Assembly: GCA_965277715.1 (NCBI GenBank)
Contig: OZ255836.1
Span: forward strand, 3,392,001-3,456,000
Origin: Gammaproteobacteria bacterium
Lineage (GTDB): Bacteria > Pseudomonadota > Gammaproteobacteria > JBCCGL01
DNA length: 64,000 bases
Direction of reading: 5' to 3'
Shown: positions 44,681 to 55,826 of the stretch, piece after piece
Layout: each line of letters begins with the position of its first letter
Position numbering within the stretch: the stretch's first letter is position 1
The notes under the pieces: model-generated
Told to the model about the DNA's origin: nothing
Databases searched by the model: none
Seen by the model: the letters and a program-made list of their open reading frames with translations, nothing else
Program-made: the position numbers and the translations under genes

Positions 44681-45673
44681 ATGAGTCGCATTAGCCCTAA
44701 AAAAGCCATCGGTGTCGGCCTTTTTTTGCTGATTGTATTGGTTGCCATTCCCGCTTTAATAAACGCCACCGGGCGGTGGGATCTTTATTACACACTCACC
44801 TCTGTGGCGCTGTTGAGTATTGCCAGCGCCGGTGTGTGGCTGACATTTTATATCGGTCGTATCAACATCGGGCAGGGTGCTTTTGCGTTAACCGGCGGCT
44901 ACGTCTCTGCGGTGTTGGTGGTCAATTACGGCGTGTCGTTCTGGTGGACGATACCGTTGTCAGGCTTGTTTTGTGCACTGGTTAGCGTGTTGATTGGTTT
45001 GCCTATTTTGCGCTTGCGTGGCGTTTATTTTGCGATGATCACACTGGTGCTGACCGAAGTGGCAAAGTTGACCGCGCTGGCACTGCCAATCACCAACGGC
45101 GCCAGTGGCATGGTCAATATTCCGCTGCCCGGCGCAGTAACACTGTTTGGTTTTACCTTAATTCCTGATTTCGCTACCTTGGAAAATGTTAAGCCAGCCT
45201 TTTATTACCTGTCGGTTGTGCTGATGCTGCTGTGTTTCGCAGGTATGTACCGGCTGGTGCATTCGCGCATTGGCCAACTGTGCCAGTCCCTGCAACAAAA
45301 CGAAGAGCTGGCGTCGTCGATAGGGGTCAACATTACCTGGCTGCGCGTCATCGCCTATGCAATTTCATCGTTTCTTGGTGGCGTTGGCGGTGCGATTTTT
45401 GTCGCGATTTCCCAGTCGGTATACCCGTCAAGCTTTGCGGTGACCGACTCGATCAATTTTATGTTGAACTGTTTCCTCGGTGGCCTGGGGTATGTTTTGG
45501 GGCCAATGTTGGGCACCTTTGTTTTGTATTTCGGTTGGGACTGGCTATTTCTTACCGGTAAATGGCAGCTACTTATTTTCTCCACTGTACTTATCGTGTT
45601 AATGCTGTTATTGCCAAATGGTTTGTTAAGTATTCGCCCATCCCTGTTTAAGCGGGGTCACCGCGATGAGTGA
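44681..45673 (+). CDS. HAAT ABC permease (LivM-like)
   Basis: LRLRGVYFA, PNGL. Confidence 0.9.
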   Translation: MSRISPKKAIGVGLFLLIVLVAIPALINATGRWDLYYTLTSVALLSIASAGVWLTFYIGRINIGQGAFALTGGYVSAVLVVNYGVSFWWTIPLSGLFCALVSVLIGLPILRLRGVYFAMITLVLTEVAKLTALALPITNGASGMVNIPLPGAVTLFGFTLIPDFATLENVKPAFYYLSVVLMLLCFAGMYRLVHSRIGQLCQSLQQNEELASSIGVNITWLRVIAYAISSFLGGVGGAIFVAISQSVYPSSFAVTDSINFMLNCFLGGLGYVLGPMLGTFVLYFGWDWLFLTGKWQLLIFSTVLIVLMLLLPNGLLSIRPSLFKRGHRDE

Positions 45674-46445
45674 CCTGCTACAGATTAACAGTATAACCAA
45701 ACGCTTTGGTGGCTTAACGGCCAACAGTGATATTTCGTTTTCGGTCAAACAAAACGAAATCGTTTCTGTGATTGGCCCAAACGGCGCGGGCAAATCGACG
45801 CTATTTAAATTAATCGCATCATTTTTAAAACCGACAAGTGGCGAGGTTATTTTTAAGGGTGAGCGTATTTCCAACCTGGCCCCGCATATTGTGGCGCGTA
45901 AAGGTGTAGTGCGCACATTTCAGGAAACCACCATTTTTAAAGGGATGAGCGTTCGGCAAAATATTGTTATCGCGCACCACTTGCGCTCAAAGGCGAACTT
46001 ACTGGGTTATTTCCTCGGTACGCCCATCGCCCGCCGCGATGAACAACAGTTTGGTGAATCGGCAGACGAGATTCTTGCAAGCCTTGATCTGGCGGGCTAT
46101 CGCGATGAAGTCGCCAGCAACCTCCCCCACGGGCATTTGCGTGCCCTGGGTATTGCTATTGGCCTGGCCACGAATCCGCAAGTCATTTTGCTCGATGAAC
46201 CCTTTGCCGGTATGAACCACGACGAAACCATGCGTGCGGTACAAATGGTGCGCGGGGTGCGTGACAGAGGGGTGACCGTGCTACTGGTTGAGCACGATAT
46301 GAAAGCGGTGATGAGCATATCGGATCGCATTATTGTGCTGAATTTTGGTGAGAGGATTGCCGAGGGCACGCCCGCCGCTATTCAGGGTAATGAACAAGTA
46401 ATTGAAGCGTATCTAGGTGTAGAAGACGAAACGATTGGGATGTAG
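45666..46445 (+). CDS. ABC ATPase (LivG-like)
   Basis: GPNGAGKS, LLDEP, VEHDM. Confidence 0.92.
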   Translation: MSDLLQINSITKRFGGLTANSDISFSVKQNEIVSVIGPNGAGKSTLFKLIASFLKPTSGEVIFKGERISNLAPHIVARKGVVRTFQETTIFKGMSVRQNIVIAHHLRSKANLLGYFLGTPIARRDEQQFGESADEILASLDLAGYRDEVASNLPHGHLRALGIAIGLATNPQVILLDEPFAGMNHDETMRAVQMVRGVRDRGVTVLLVEHDMKAVMSISDRIIVLNFGERIAEGTPAAIQGNEQVIEAYLGVEDETIGM

Positions 46446-46448
46446 ATA

Positions 46449-47171
46449 ATGGGTCAATTGCTAAATTTTTCTAACGTCGAACTCTATTACGATCACGTCT
46501 ATGCACTACGCGGCGTATCACTGCAGGTAAACGAAGGTGAGACCGTCGCATTAATCGGTGCCAACGGTGCGGGCAAGTCATCTATTTTGCGGGCCATCAC
46601 CGGATTACACCCGATCAGCAAAGGTGAAATCAGCTACCAGGGCAATCGTATCGATAATAGCAATGCCGCAGAGCTGGTTAATAAGGGCATTTCAATGGTG
46701 CCGGAGGGGCGTCGCGTTTTCCCGTTTATGTCGGTAAAAGATAACCTTTTAATGGGGGCGTTTACGCGCAGTGACAAAAAAGAAATCGCCCATTCTCTGG
46801 CGCGTGTGCTGGAGCGGTTTCCACGCTTAAAAGAGCGGTTCTCGCAGGCGGCAGGCACCCTCAGCGGCGGCGAACAACAGATGATGGTGATCGGTCGGGC
46901 GCTGATGTCCAGGCCGCGCCTGTTGCTGCTGGATGAGCCATCCTTAGGCATTGCGCCCAAACTAGTGCAGGACATTGCGCGTTCTATCGTTGCGATTAAT
47001 CGCGATGAAAAAGTCAGCGTATTGTTGGTTGAACAAAATTCCCGTATGGCGCTGCGAATCTCGCACCGCGCTTATGCCATCAGCACCGGCGAGATTGCTA
47101 TTGAAGGCAACTCGGCTGAATTGCGTGACGATGAACGCATTCAAAAAATGTACCTCGGCGCAGAAATTTAG
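46449..47171 (+). CDS. ABC ATPase (LivF-like)
   Basis: GANGAGKS, LSGGEQQ, LLDEPS. Confidence 0.92.
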   Translation: MGQLLNFSNVELYYDHVYALRGVSLQVNEGETVALIGANGAGKSSILRAITGLHPISKGEISYQGNRIDNSNAAELVNKGISMVPEGRRVFPFMSVKDNLLMGAFTRSDKKEIAHSLARVLERFPRLKERFSQAAGTLSGGEQQMMVIGRALMSRPRLLLLDEPSLGIAPKLVQDIARSIVAINRDEKVSVLLVEQNSRMALRISHRAYAISTGEIAIEGNSAELRDDERIQKMYLGAEI

Positions 47172-47183
47172 GGTGGCAAACAG

Positions 47184-47882
47184 ATGAAAATAGCGCTGAT
47201 TAACCCTAATTCCACTGCATCAATGACCGAAAAGGCACGGATCAGCGCACAACAGGTCGCCTCTGTAGGCACAACCATTATCGCCAGTAACCCTGGCAAT
47301 ACCCCAAAGAGCATTGAAGGGCATTATGACGAGGCAATGTGCCTGAGCGGTTTGCTGGGTGAAGTGGTAATGGCTAAAAAAAATGGCTGTGATGGGTTGG
47401 TCATCGCCTGCTTTGATGATCCGGGGCTAGGCGCCTGCCGTGAAGTACTCGACGGCCCAGTGATGGGGATTTGCGAGGCGGCGATGCACGCAGCGAGCAT
47501 TATCTCGACCAGCTTTTCAGTCGTGACGACATTACCGCGCTCTACACCCATTATCGAATCACTCGCGCATCGATACGGTATGTCACATTTTTGCCGTCGT
47601 GTGCGTGCAGCAGACTTGCCGGTGCTGGCGTTGGAAGAAGCGGGGAGTAGCGCACGGGAAAAAATACGCGATGAGATAATTCGCGCAGTGAAAGAAGATG
47701 GCAGCGAATCGGTAATTCTCGGTTGCGCGGGCATGGCAGACTTAACCGAGTGGCTATCGGAGCAGGCGGGCGTGCCCGTTATCGATGGCGTGGTAGTGGC
47801 CACCAAGATGGTCGAAGCGTTGATCGGCGCGAAACTCAGCACCAGTAAAATCGGTGCATATGCAGCGCCGCGTGTAAAATAA
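47184..47882 (+). CDS. Asp/Glu/hydantoin racemase family, probable allantoin racemase
   Basis: INPNST, IACFDDPG, LGCAGM; adjacent to puuE. Confidence 0.85.
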   Translation: MKIALINPNSTASMTEKARISAQQVASVGTTIIASNPGNTPKSIEGHYDEAMCLSGLLGEVVMAKKNGCDGLVIACFDDPGLGACREVLDGPVMGICEAAMHAASIISTSFSVVTTLPRSTPIIESLAHRYGMSHFCRRVRAADLPVLALEEAGSSAREKIRDEIIRAVKEDGSESVILGCAGMADLTEWLSEQAGVPVIDGVVVATKMVEALIGAKLSTSKIGAYAAPRVK

Positions 47883-47886
47883 ACGC

Positions 47887-47933
47887 TTTAACCTAAATTC
47901 CGCAGTAGATTCAACTGCGGAATTTAGGTTAAA
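47887..47933. repeat. Perfect 20-bp inverted repeat (REP-like)
   Basis: TTTAACCTAAATTCCGCAGT-N7-ACTGCGGAATTTAGGTTAAA. Confidence 0.85.
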
Positions 47934-47950
47934 CAATACTGGAATTAAAA

Positions 47951-48862
47951 ATGTCAGCGTCTGATAACTACCCACGCGATATGGTGGGCTACGGCGAAAC
48001 AGTGCCCCATGCAAAATGGCCAGAGAAAGCGCGTATCGCCGTGCAGTTTGTAATTAACTACGAAGAAGGTGGTGAGAACTGTGTGTTGCACGGTGATGCT
48101 GCCTCGGAGCGGTTTCTCTCTGAAATTGTGGGTGCAGAATCGTATGAAAATATGCGTCATATCAATATGGAATCGATTTACGAATACGGTAGTCGTGCGG
48201 GTTTTTGGCGCCTGCACCGATTGTTTACCGAGCGGCAGATACCCGTAACGGTTTATGGCGTGGCGATGGCACTTGCGCGCAACCCGGAAGCCGTTTCCGC
48301 GATGCAAAAGGCCGGGTGGGAAATTGCCAGCCACGGTTATCGGTGGATCGACTATCAGCACATCCCTGAAGTGGTCGAACGCGAACACTTGCAAAAAGCC
48401 ATTGATATTCACACACGCGTAACCGGCGAACGGCCCCTAGGTTTCTATCTCGGTCGCGCCAGCCCCAATACCAATAAAATTGTCGCCGAAGAAGGTGGGT
48501 TTATTTATCACGCGGATAGTTACGCGGACGACTTGCCGTATTGGTCACGGGCGTTTGCCAAGCCACAATTGATCGTGCCCTATACACTCGATGCCAACGA
48601 TATGCGCTTTGCAACCCCGCAGGGTTTTAATAGCGGCGATCAGTTTTTTGCCTATTTAAAAGACACCTTCGATATGCTTTATGAAGAAGGGGAGGCTGCG
48701 CCAAAAATGATGTCGGTTGGTTTGCATTGCCGCCTGGTTGGCAGGCCGGGAAGGGCGGCGGCGCTAAAACGATTCTTGGATTATGTGCAAAGTAAAGAGC
48801 GTGTCTGGTTGGCGCGGCGGGTTGAGATTGCTAAGCATTGGATTGCAGCACATCCTGTGTGA
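47951..48862 (+). CDS. puuE: Allantoinase PuuE (polysaccharide deacetylase fold)
   Basis: YPRDMVGYG, NYEEGGE, YEYGSRAGFWR, HGYRW, GLHCRLVGRPGR. Confidence 0.92.
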   Translation: MSASDNYPRDMVGYGETVPHAKWPEKARIAVQFVINYEEGGENCVLHGDAASERFLSEIVGAESYENMRHINMESIYEYGSRAGFWRLHRLFTERQIPVTVYGVAMALARNPEAVSAMQKAGWEIASHGYRWIDYQHIPEVVEREHLQKAIDIHTRVTGERPLGFYLGRASPNTNKIVAEEGGFIYHADSYADDLPYWSRAFAKPQLIVPYTLDANDMRFATPQGFNSGDQFFAYLKDTFDMLYEEGEAAPKMMSVGLHCRLVGRPGRAAALKRFLDYVQSKERVWLARRVEIAKHWIAAHPV

Positions 48863-48892
48863 GTGTTTTTTGGTGCATGTAATGCCGGAAGG

Positions 48893-50481
48893 TGTCAACC
48901 TGTTTCAAGCCACAGTTACTCAAGTTACCATATATTTAGCCCGATTTAGTGTTGGGAAGTTGACGGGTGCATCGTGATCTATATTACCCAGTTCATCGCG
49001 CACGGGATTAATGTAGACCTTCGCAGGCGGCATCCTGACAACAGGCCGCTGATTGACAAATCGCTCTGCATGTTGGACATACTTTTCATTGAGTGCCTGC
49101 TGACGAACCTCACTGAGTGGTATGTACTGCCCAGTAAACACCTGACAAGGTGTGAAGCCCTCCAACGCACTGTGACAGTGCTGATGGTTATACCAATCAA
49201 TATACTCAGTGCACCATCCATTGGCATGGCTATAGCTATCAAAGCGACGCGGGTAGTCAGGCTGATACTTCAGTGTTCGAAATTGGCTTTCACTATGAGG
49301 ATTGTCATTACTCACGCGGGGTCTGCTGTGGCTAGCGGTGACCGCCAACTCGCCCAGTAAGTCAAGGTAGCAATGTGCGGTCATCGGTGCCCCTCGATCC
49401 TGATGCAGCGTCAGCTGGTCGGGTCTAATCGCGTAACGTGTACTGGCCTCCTGAATGAGCTGCTGTGCCAGTGCACTGTTTTCTTTATGGGAAAGCATCC
49501 AGGCCACGATGTAGCGACTGAATAAATCCATCACCACATAGAGCGATAAATAAACGCCGCGCTTAACGGTGGCCAATTTTGTAATATCCCATGTCCAGAC
49601 CTCATTAGGCTGACTGGCCGAAAGCCTTGGCACTGCGTTGGTTTGCCCAGGACGCTGTTTTCGGCGTTCCCCCGACTGATCGGACTGACGCAGCAGGCGG
49701 TGCATGGTGCTGATGGAGCAGAGGTAAATACGGCGACTCAGCAAGGTATGGTAAACCTGCGCCGGTGGTTGATCATAGAACGCTTCACTATTGAGCGTAT
49801 TCAATACCACAGAGCATTCTTCTTCACTCAGTTGGCGTGGCTGATGGCAAGTGATTCGCACGGTTCCTGCTGGTTTGGGAGGGCCACAGAAATGGCGGCG
49901 GCTTTGCTTGGCCCGGACGTGTGACCGTGACAATGCCAATACCTTACAAGCCAGACGTTGGGACACTGAGGGTGGGCGGTCAGTCAACGCGGTATTCACT
50001 GCTCGATCCCGCTGTTCAATCGGTCGAGCATCGCCAAGGCTTTTTTTTGGAGTTCCAGACAGTCATCCTTAAGGGCGATTTGTTTTTCCAGACGGTTTAC
50101 TTGTTTTTCAAGCTGCGCTATCCGGCGCTGCTCAGACGTCATTTGCGGTGCAGGGCCGGGCGCGCTTTTTGATAGCCCTGACAAACCGCCTTCGGCCAGT
50201 TCTCTTCGCCACTGAGACAATTGATTGGAGTAAAGCTTCTCACGGCGTAGCAAAGCGCCAAGCTGTCCATGCTGGCAAGCATCAGCTTGATTGATCATCT
50301 TTAGCTTATAGGCTGCTGTAAAAGTGCGGCGAGTCTTTTTCTCAAGTGTCCGATCAGGCTTGATCTCACATGACTCAGGTTGTGGTTTATCTAACATTGG
50401 TTTTGGCATTGTTCTCACTCTCGATAGCTGCCCTGATTTAGATGTTAACTTAAATCATAGTGGCTTGAGGTGAGGTTGACA
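48893..50481 (-). mobile_element. IS3-family element, apparently intact (orfA 49996-50409, orfB 48920-49999)
   Basis: IRs TGTCAACCTGTTTCAAGCCAC / GTGGCTTGAGGTGAGGTTGACA; WTWDIT, HQDRG, HSESQF. Exact ends are approximate. Confidence 0.88.
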
Positions 50482-50612
50482 CACAGGGATGCACCTCTGA
50501 AATCATAAGTGAGAGAGGGCAGTTATTATATAAAGAGGCGTAAAAGCAATCTAAAAATTAAAAATAATATTTAGATTAACCGATCCTGGCTTTTTTATGC
50601 AGTCACCAAAAT

Positions 50613-50876
50613 CTATTGTTTAGCGCAAGATCCACCAAGTTCTTTTTTAAGGCTACTACACGAAGAGCGTGCATATCCACAACGACTTGTACCATTGAGT
50701 ATATGACAGTAGGTGTTTTTGGATATGTTGTTCTTTGGCTTATGACAGTGATAGTTGCTTGTTTTCCGGTTGGTATGGCACCCAGAGTCATTGGTTCTAC
50801 CGGAGTGGCCATAGCTTGAAACAGAAAAACTGACAAATAGCAGAAGAGATAGAACCAGGATAGTTTTTCCGAACAT
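50613..50876 (-). CDS. Small secreted YHYH-type protein
   Basis: Signal peptide, then HSGRTNDSGCH...YHCH, and a Cys-rich tail. Confidence 0.7.
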   Translation of the reverse strand: MFGKTILVLSLLLFVSFSVSSYGHSGRTNDSGCHTNRKTSNYHCHKPKNNISKNTYCHILNGTSRCGYARSSCSSLKKELGGSCAKQ

Positions 50877-51070
50877 AGGAACCTAAAATAGTCAAAAGAA
50901 GTTACAAAGCTCTCTATTTCAGCAGCTCTGCGTTTATCGCCCGCGTCGCTGTCGATAAACGATTATTATGACGACGAGCACCCGGCAGGCGAGCGCCATC
51001 GTATGTTCCACTGGATAGCAATGCACCCAGTCTGTTAGCTTGGGGTATTCTATTTTTTAAACTTGAACTA

Positions 51071-51832
51071 TCAATTGTAGTGCAATTGTCCTGATACCAG
51101 GAGCGTAATGAAATTCACGTCCCAGAAACTTTGTTGGTAGCGTTTCATTACCAATTGCATATTGTTGTTAACATTAAATCCATGTGCATGTTTGACACTT
51201 GATAACTTTGCACCGGTATTGGTTTTTTCTGCCAGAATGGCTCCCGATCGGTCGGTGATGGCGATTGAATATTGCTCTAACATACTGCTGGGTAAAGCAT
51301 TCTCCAATAAGCGTTGGCAGGAATAAGCGCCTGCAAACAGGCCATCAAAGGCACCGTTGTCGTACACGGGCGCCCACACTTGAAATGAACAATCGCCCTG
51401 GATGGCTTCAAATGCGTTCGTATATTGAGGCGTTTTTGTTTTTTCTGCCAGCTTGGAAACGCGAGTGGGTTCAGGAAGGTCGAGATACAAACCAATAGCC
51501 TGGCTGTTTCCCCGCAGCGGAGAAACACCGCGAATATAACGCGCTGCATCAACCCAGGTAAAATTGATAAGTTCCGGGTGTTGCTGCAAATAGGGCAGGG
51601 ATTGGTCTTCAAAGTCCGCTGTTGAAATTTCCTTGCGAACCCGCATCTGGCTGAGTAGTTGAATATAGTCTTCGTTTCCGGACAGACGGTTCTCGATGTT
51701 TAGTACAGATTCCTTGACGGCCGTTTCTAATGCCAGTTTTTGCTCAGCCTGGATAGTCATCCAAAGATAAGATGGTAAACCGAAAAACGCTATAAGAAAT
51801 AACGCAAGAACTACACGAAGGTGCCTAAACAT
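51071..51832 (-). pseudogene. CHASE-type sensor N-terminal fragment, truncated at the second TM
   Basis: TM, VSPLRGNSQAIG...IQG...PVY; no signalling domain follows. Confidence 0.6.
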
Positions 51833-52141
51833 TAGTTGCCTACCTGTTTAAAGGTTTTTTTTCAGTTTCATTACAGCTTCATTAAAAGGGTTTTAGTTTT
51901 TCCAAAAATGCCTAATTAAAATCATCAATAAGAAGTGTAGTTCACCAAAGAAGATATTTCTGAGAATAGAGCGTAATCTTTGGTGATATTTTTCACGATA
52001 GTATTAAAGCATTAGCAAATGTAATGCCAGGAAAATACATTTTTTATCAGAATCGAGTGGTGAAATGACTTAAATCAGTCTTTCCCTCGCTACGAGTGTC
52101 TAAACCCGACAGGCTCCTGGTTTTTTTGGTGGTCAATGCAA

Positions 52142-52915
52142 TTAAAATAAAACCGCTGCCTTTTCCCCTACCAGCACCCGTTCCCACAGGGGTGTCCAAT
52201 AAATCCACTTATGCTCCCCGGCATTGGTAAATACCTGATTTTCCGGTAATTGCGCCGCCAACTGCCCGGCGGGCGCGGCTATCCTGTCCTGTTTTCCATA
52301 AGCCAGAATAATAGGGTGTTTATATTTGCCGGGGGTGAGAAATGCATCAATCCAAAACCACGGTTGTTGATCGATATCCGGCTTGCCATCAAATGTTTCA
52401 ACCCAGCCGCGAATCCCCCCGTGGTGGCGAATTTCCTCTATTGCATCGGCGTCTCCCAGATACGGGGCAAACAGCACTACGGTATCGATATATTCAGATA
52501 ACTGGTAGGTGGCCCACAAGGCACCGTAGCCGCCCAATGAAACCCCGACTATCGTTATTTTTTTATAACCACGCGCTACCGCCGGGGCAATCACATCCTG
52601 ATAAAGACGCTCGACCAGTATTTGTTTTTTAAAATAACCAATATGCGAACCGACTGCCACGCTGTCCACCTGTGGGTGGTGTTGGTTGAGCAAACGGATA
52701 AACCCGCGCTGCTCAAATTCTTCCGGGCCATCGTAGTACCCAGGCAAAAACACAATCAGCGATTCCCCCGTACTGTCCGGGCCAGGGTAGTGGATTGTCG
52801 GGATCGGTGTGCTGGTGGTACGCAACAGACCACAACCACTTATCAACAGCACGCCAAGTACCAAAAATACTGTGCGCTGCACGCTGTCAATCACTGTATT
52901 TCGTTTATTTCGCAC
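52142..52915 (-). CDS. Alpha/beta hydrolase lipoprotein
   Basis: ISGC lipobox, GVSLGG nucleophile elbow, D and H downstream. Confidence 0.8.
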   Translation of the reverse strand: MRNKRNTVIDSVQRTVFLVLGVLLISGCGLLRTTSTPIPTIHYPGPDSTGESLIVFLPGYYDGPEEFEQRGFIRLLNQHHPQVDSVAVGSHIGYFKKQILVERLYQDVIAPAVARGYKKITIVGVSLGGYGALWATYQLSEYIDTVVLFAPYLGDADAIEEIRHHGGIRGWVETFDGKPDIDQQPWFWIDAFLTPGKYKHPIILAYGKQDRIAAPAGQLAAQLPENQVFTNAGEHKWIYWTPLWERVLVGEKAAVLF

Positions 52916-52955
52916 AACGGATTATCCTGTGTCTCGTTTCTGGGAGTGTGTCGCT

Positions 52956-53393
52956 TTACGCTAAATTAATCAGGCGGTTGAGGCAGTCGAGATAGGCCGC
53001 ATCATCCGGCTGGGCTTTATCGCGCTGCGCCCGCCACAATACCTCACCGAGGCATTCAAACATTTTGTGTTCAACCTGATGACCATCCTGGTATTTTAGT
53101 AGCAGGGAGCGGGTTATGTCGGCGATCCCCGCTGGCCGGTCAGTGCCGACCTGTTCGCGCAGCGCGACGTGCATGCTCATATGCAGCCAGGGGTTGATTT
53201 GCCCGTCTTCAGGGGTGAAGTCATCGTCCAGCCCGCTTTCACCATTGGTAAACAGGTAGTGGTATTCCGGATGTTCTTTGATTACGTCAGCAATCAAGAC
53301 CTCCAGCGGTTCCAGTAGTTCACCCGCCAGGGCTTTCCGGTAGGTTTCAGCGTAGAAGTTACGCAGGCGAATACGGTCTTGGGTAAAAAACAC
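52956..53393 (-). CDS. DUF1841-family protein
   Basis: HPEYH, NPWLHMSMH..LREQV..DRP.GI; GTG start inferred. Confidence 0.8.
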   Translation of the reverse strand: MFFTQDRIRLRNFYAETYRKALAGELLEPLEVLIADVIKEHPEYHYLFTNGESGLDDDFTPEDGQINPWLHMSMHVALREQVGTDRPAGIADITRSLLLKYQDGHQVEHKMFECLGEVLWRAQRDKAQPDDAAYLDCLNRLINLA

Positions 53394-53407
53394 AGGGGTT
53401 GTCCGCG

Positions 53408-54103
53408 CTAGGCGCTCAATGGGTTGTTGGGTGAATGCATTGTATTGGCCGTTTGCAGGCGGCGCTGGGTACATTTTGCATCAATCAGGTTTTTTACCAC
53501 CAATAGCAGACCCAAGGCAAAAAAAGCCCCCGGCGGTAAGATGGCCAGTAGAAACCCCCGGTAGTCATCGACCACGACCAGTGTCATGGCGTAACCGGCC
53601 TCACCCAGCATCAGGTGGGCGTTGGCAAATAAAGTGCCCTGGCCAATGATTTCCCGCAGGCCACCGAGCACTACCAGTAACAGGGTAAAGCCCATGCCCA
53701 TCGCCAGTGCGTCGATCATCGCCAGGCCGACGGTGTTGCGCGAGGCAAAGGCTTCAGCACGGCCGATAATGGCGCAGTTGGTGACGATAAGCGGGATAAA
53801 AATGCCGAGTACGCTGTACAGTTCGTGAAACCAGGCATTCATCGCCAGCTCGATGGTGGTAACGCTGGCGGCGATGATGACGACAAATACCGGAATGCGC
53901 ACTTCCGGGCGCAGCCAGTGGCGAATCGCAGAGACCAGGGTGTTCGATGCCAGCAGGGTCAGCAGGGTCGCCAGCCCCAGCCCCAGGCCGTTGACAACGC
54001 TGCCGGATACCGCCAGTAGGGGGCATAAACCCAGCAGTTGCACCAGCCCGGCGTTGTTGGTCCACAGGCCCTCTTTAATCAGTTGTGTGGTGGTACTACT
54101 CAC
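53408..54103 (-). CDS. rnfE: Rnf/Rsx complex subunit E
   Basis: [23 protein letters not shown]. Confidence 0.93.
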   Translation of the reverse strand: MSSTTTQLIKEGLWTNNAGLVQLLGLCPLLAVSGSVVNGLGLGLATLLTLLASNTLVSAIRHWLRPEVRIPVFVVIIAASVTTIELAMNAWFHELYSVLGIFIPLIVTNCAIIGRAEAFASRNTVGLAMIDALAMGMGFTLLLVVLGGLREIIGQGTLFANAHLMLGEAGYAMTLVVVDDYRGFLLAILPPGAFFALGLLLVVKNLIDAKCTQRRLQTANTMHSPNNPLSA

Positions 54104-54773
54104 TGTGTTGTTCCCCCGCCTTGTCTGCCTGCCCGGCAAACAGTGCCTGCCGATGTCTCTGATAGTACTGCAATGCTTTGTGTACTGCCGTGACGACAGC
54201 ACGCGGGGTGATGGTCGCACCGGTAAACTGGTCAAATTCGCCACCGTCTTTTTTTACCCGCCAGGCGGGTGCCGCCGGGTTTTCCAGTGATTTCCCCGCA
54301 AATGTGGTGATCCAGGTAGAGCGGCTTATTTCGATGGCATCACCCAGGCCAGGGGTTTCGCGGTGGGCGGTCACCCGCACACCGGCAATACGGCCATCGT
54401 GATTGATACCGACCAGTAACTTGATCGCGCCACTGTAGCCATCAGGCGCCACCGGGGTGATGAGTACTGCTACGGGCAGTCCGTTTTTGCGCGCCCGGTA
54501 CACGGTGACCGGCGCTTGTGTTCCCAGCAGCGCGCTGTCGGTGACGGTAATGGTGTCGCTGTCCAGCGCATTGTCGTAGCGCGACGGGTCGACCAGTTCA
54601 CTGAGGGCTTTGAGTCGCTGTGCTTTTTCATTGGCGACAATGCGCTCAGCGGTTTGCTGGTGGGTGAAAGCGACCAGGCCGGTGCCGATTAAGGCAAATC
54701 CGCCCAGCACCCACGCGCTGATGATGATCGAGCGCAAGACTGGGTTGGCGGCTGACAAGGTCGGGGGCGACAT
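54096..54773 (-). CDS. rnfG: Rnf/Rsx complex subunit G
   Basis: ETPGLG, TGAT FMN site. Confidence 0.93.
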   Translation of the reverse strand: MSPPTLSAANPVLRSIIISAWVLGGFALIGTGLVAFTHQQTAERIVANEKAQRLKALSELVDPSRYDNALDSDTITVTDSALLGTQAPVTVYRARKNGLPVAVLITPVAPDGYSGAIKLLVGINHDGRIAGVRVTAHRETPGLGDAIEISRSTWITTFAGKSLENPAAPAWRVKKDGGEFDQFTGATITPRAVVTAVHKALQYYQRHRQALFAGQADKAGEQHSE

Positions 54774-54776
54774 GGA

Positions 54777-55826
54777 TCAGGACGTGTGCCCAAAGGCTCT
54801 GGGGCGAAAGTAATAGTCAATTGTCGGTGCGCACATATTCGCCAATAACACGGCAAACGCGATGCCGTCCGGGTAGCCTCCCCAGGTGCGGATAATGTAG
54901 GTGAGCGCGCCGATCCCCACTGCATACACAAACCGTCCCGCGTTACTGCTGGCGGCGGTTACCGGGTCGGTAGCGATAAAGAACGCGCCGAGTAGTGCCG
55001 CGCCGCTGAACAGGTGAAACACCGGGCTGGTGTAGCGATCACTGTCGATAAGGTAGAAGAGGCTGGCAAAAGCCGCCAGCGATAGCAACACGCCCACGGG
55101 GATGTGCCAGCTAATTACACGCCGGTACAGCAGCCATATACCACCCACCAACCAGGCCAGACCAATCCATTCCCAGCCGCGCCCAGCGATGTGACCAAAC
55201 AGTGGGGCACGCAGTATTTCCTCAACGCGCTGCCCCTGGCCCAGCCCGGTTTTTACTGTATCAAGTGCCGTTGCCTGGGTCAGGGCATCCCAGGAGAGGG
55301 CTTCCGGTAGTGTCCCGCCAAACACCACGCCAAGTGTTTGTGCCAGGTCAAGCGATAGTGTCGCCGATGGGCCAATAAGGGTTTGCGCAGGTAGCCATAG
55401 TGTCATTTCACGGGGAAACGAGATGAGCAATACAACATAGCCGACCATCGCCGGGTTGAAGGGGTTGTAACCCAGCCCGCCGTAAACGTGCTTCGCCACT
55501 AAAATGGCAAAGCCGATGCCGAGCGCGATCAACCACCAGGCACTCATCGGTGGCAGTGCTAGGGCAAACAGCCACGCTGTGACTATGGCACTAAGGTCAG
55601 ACAGGCCGCCGATGACCGGGCGCTTGCGCAAGTGCAGCGCCAGCCCCTCAAAGGCGATGGCGAAGCCGATTGCCAGCAGTACATTGCTTATCACGCCCCA
55701 GCCAAAAAACCCCGCGTAGAGCAGTGTGCCTGGCAATAGACCCAGCATCACATCGCGCATCACGATACCGACACCAGTGGCGGCGAAGGTGTATGGCGCG
55801 GCGCGGCCGCTAATATTAAATTGCAC
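54777..55826 (-). CDS. rnfD: Rnf/Rsx complex subunit D
   Basis: GGLGYNPFNPA, TQAT, FIATDP, GGYPDG. Confidence 0.93.
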   Translation of the reverse strand: MQFNISGRAAPYTFAATGVGIVMRDVMLGLLPGTLLYAGFFGWGVISNVLLAIGFAIAFEGLALHLRKRPVIGGLSDLSAIVTAWLFALALPPMSAWWLIALGIGFAILVAKHVYGGLGYNPFNPAMVGYVVLLISFPREMTLWLPAQTLIGPSATLSLDLAQTLGVVFGGTLPEALSWDALTQATALDTVKTGLGQGQRVEEILRAPLFGHIAGRGWEWIGLAWLVGGIWLLYRRVISWHIPVGVLLSLAAFASLFYLIDSDRYTSPVFHLFSGAALLGAFFIATDPVTAASSNAGRFVYAVGIGALTYIIRTWGGYPDGIAFAVLLANMCAPTIDYYFRPRAFGHTS

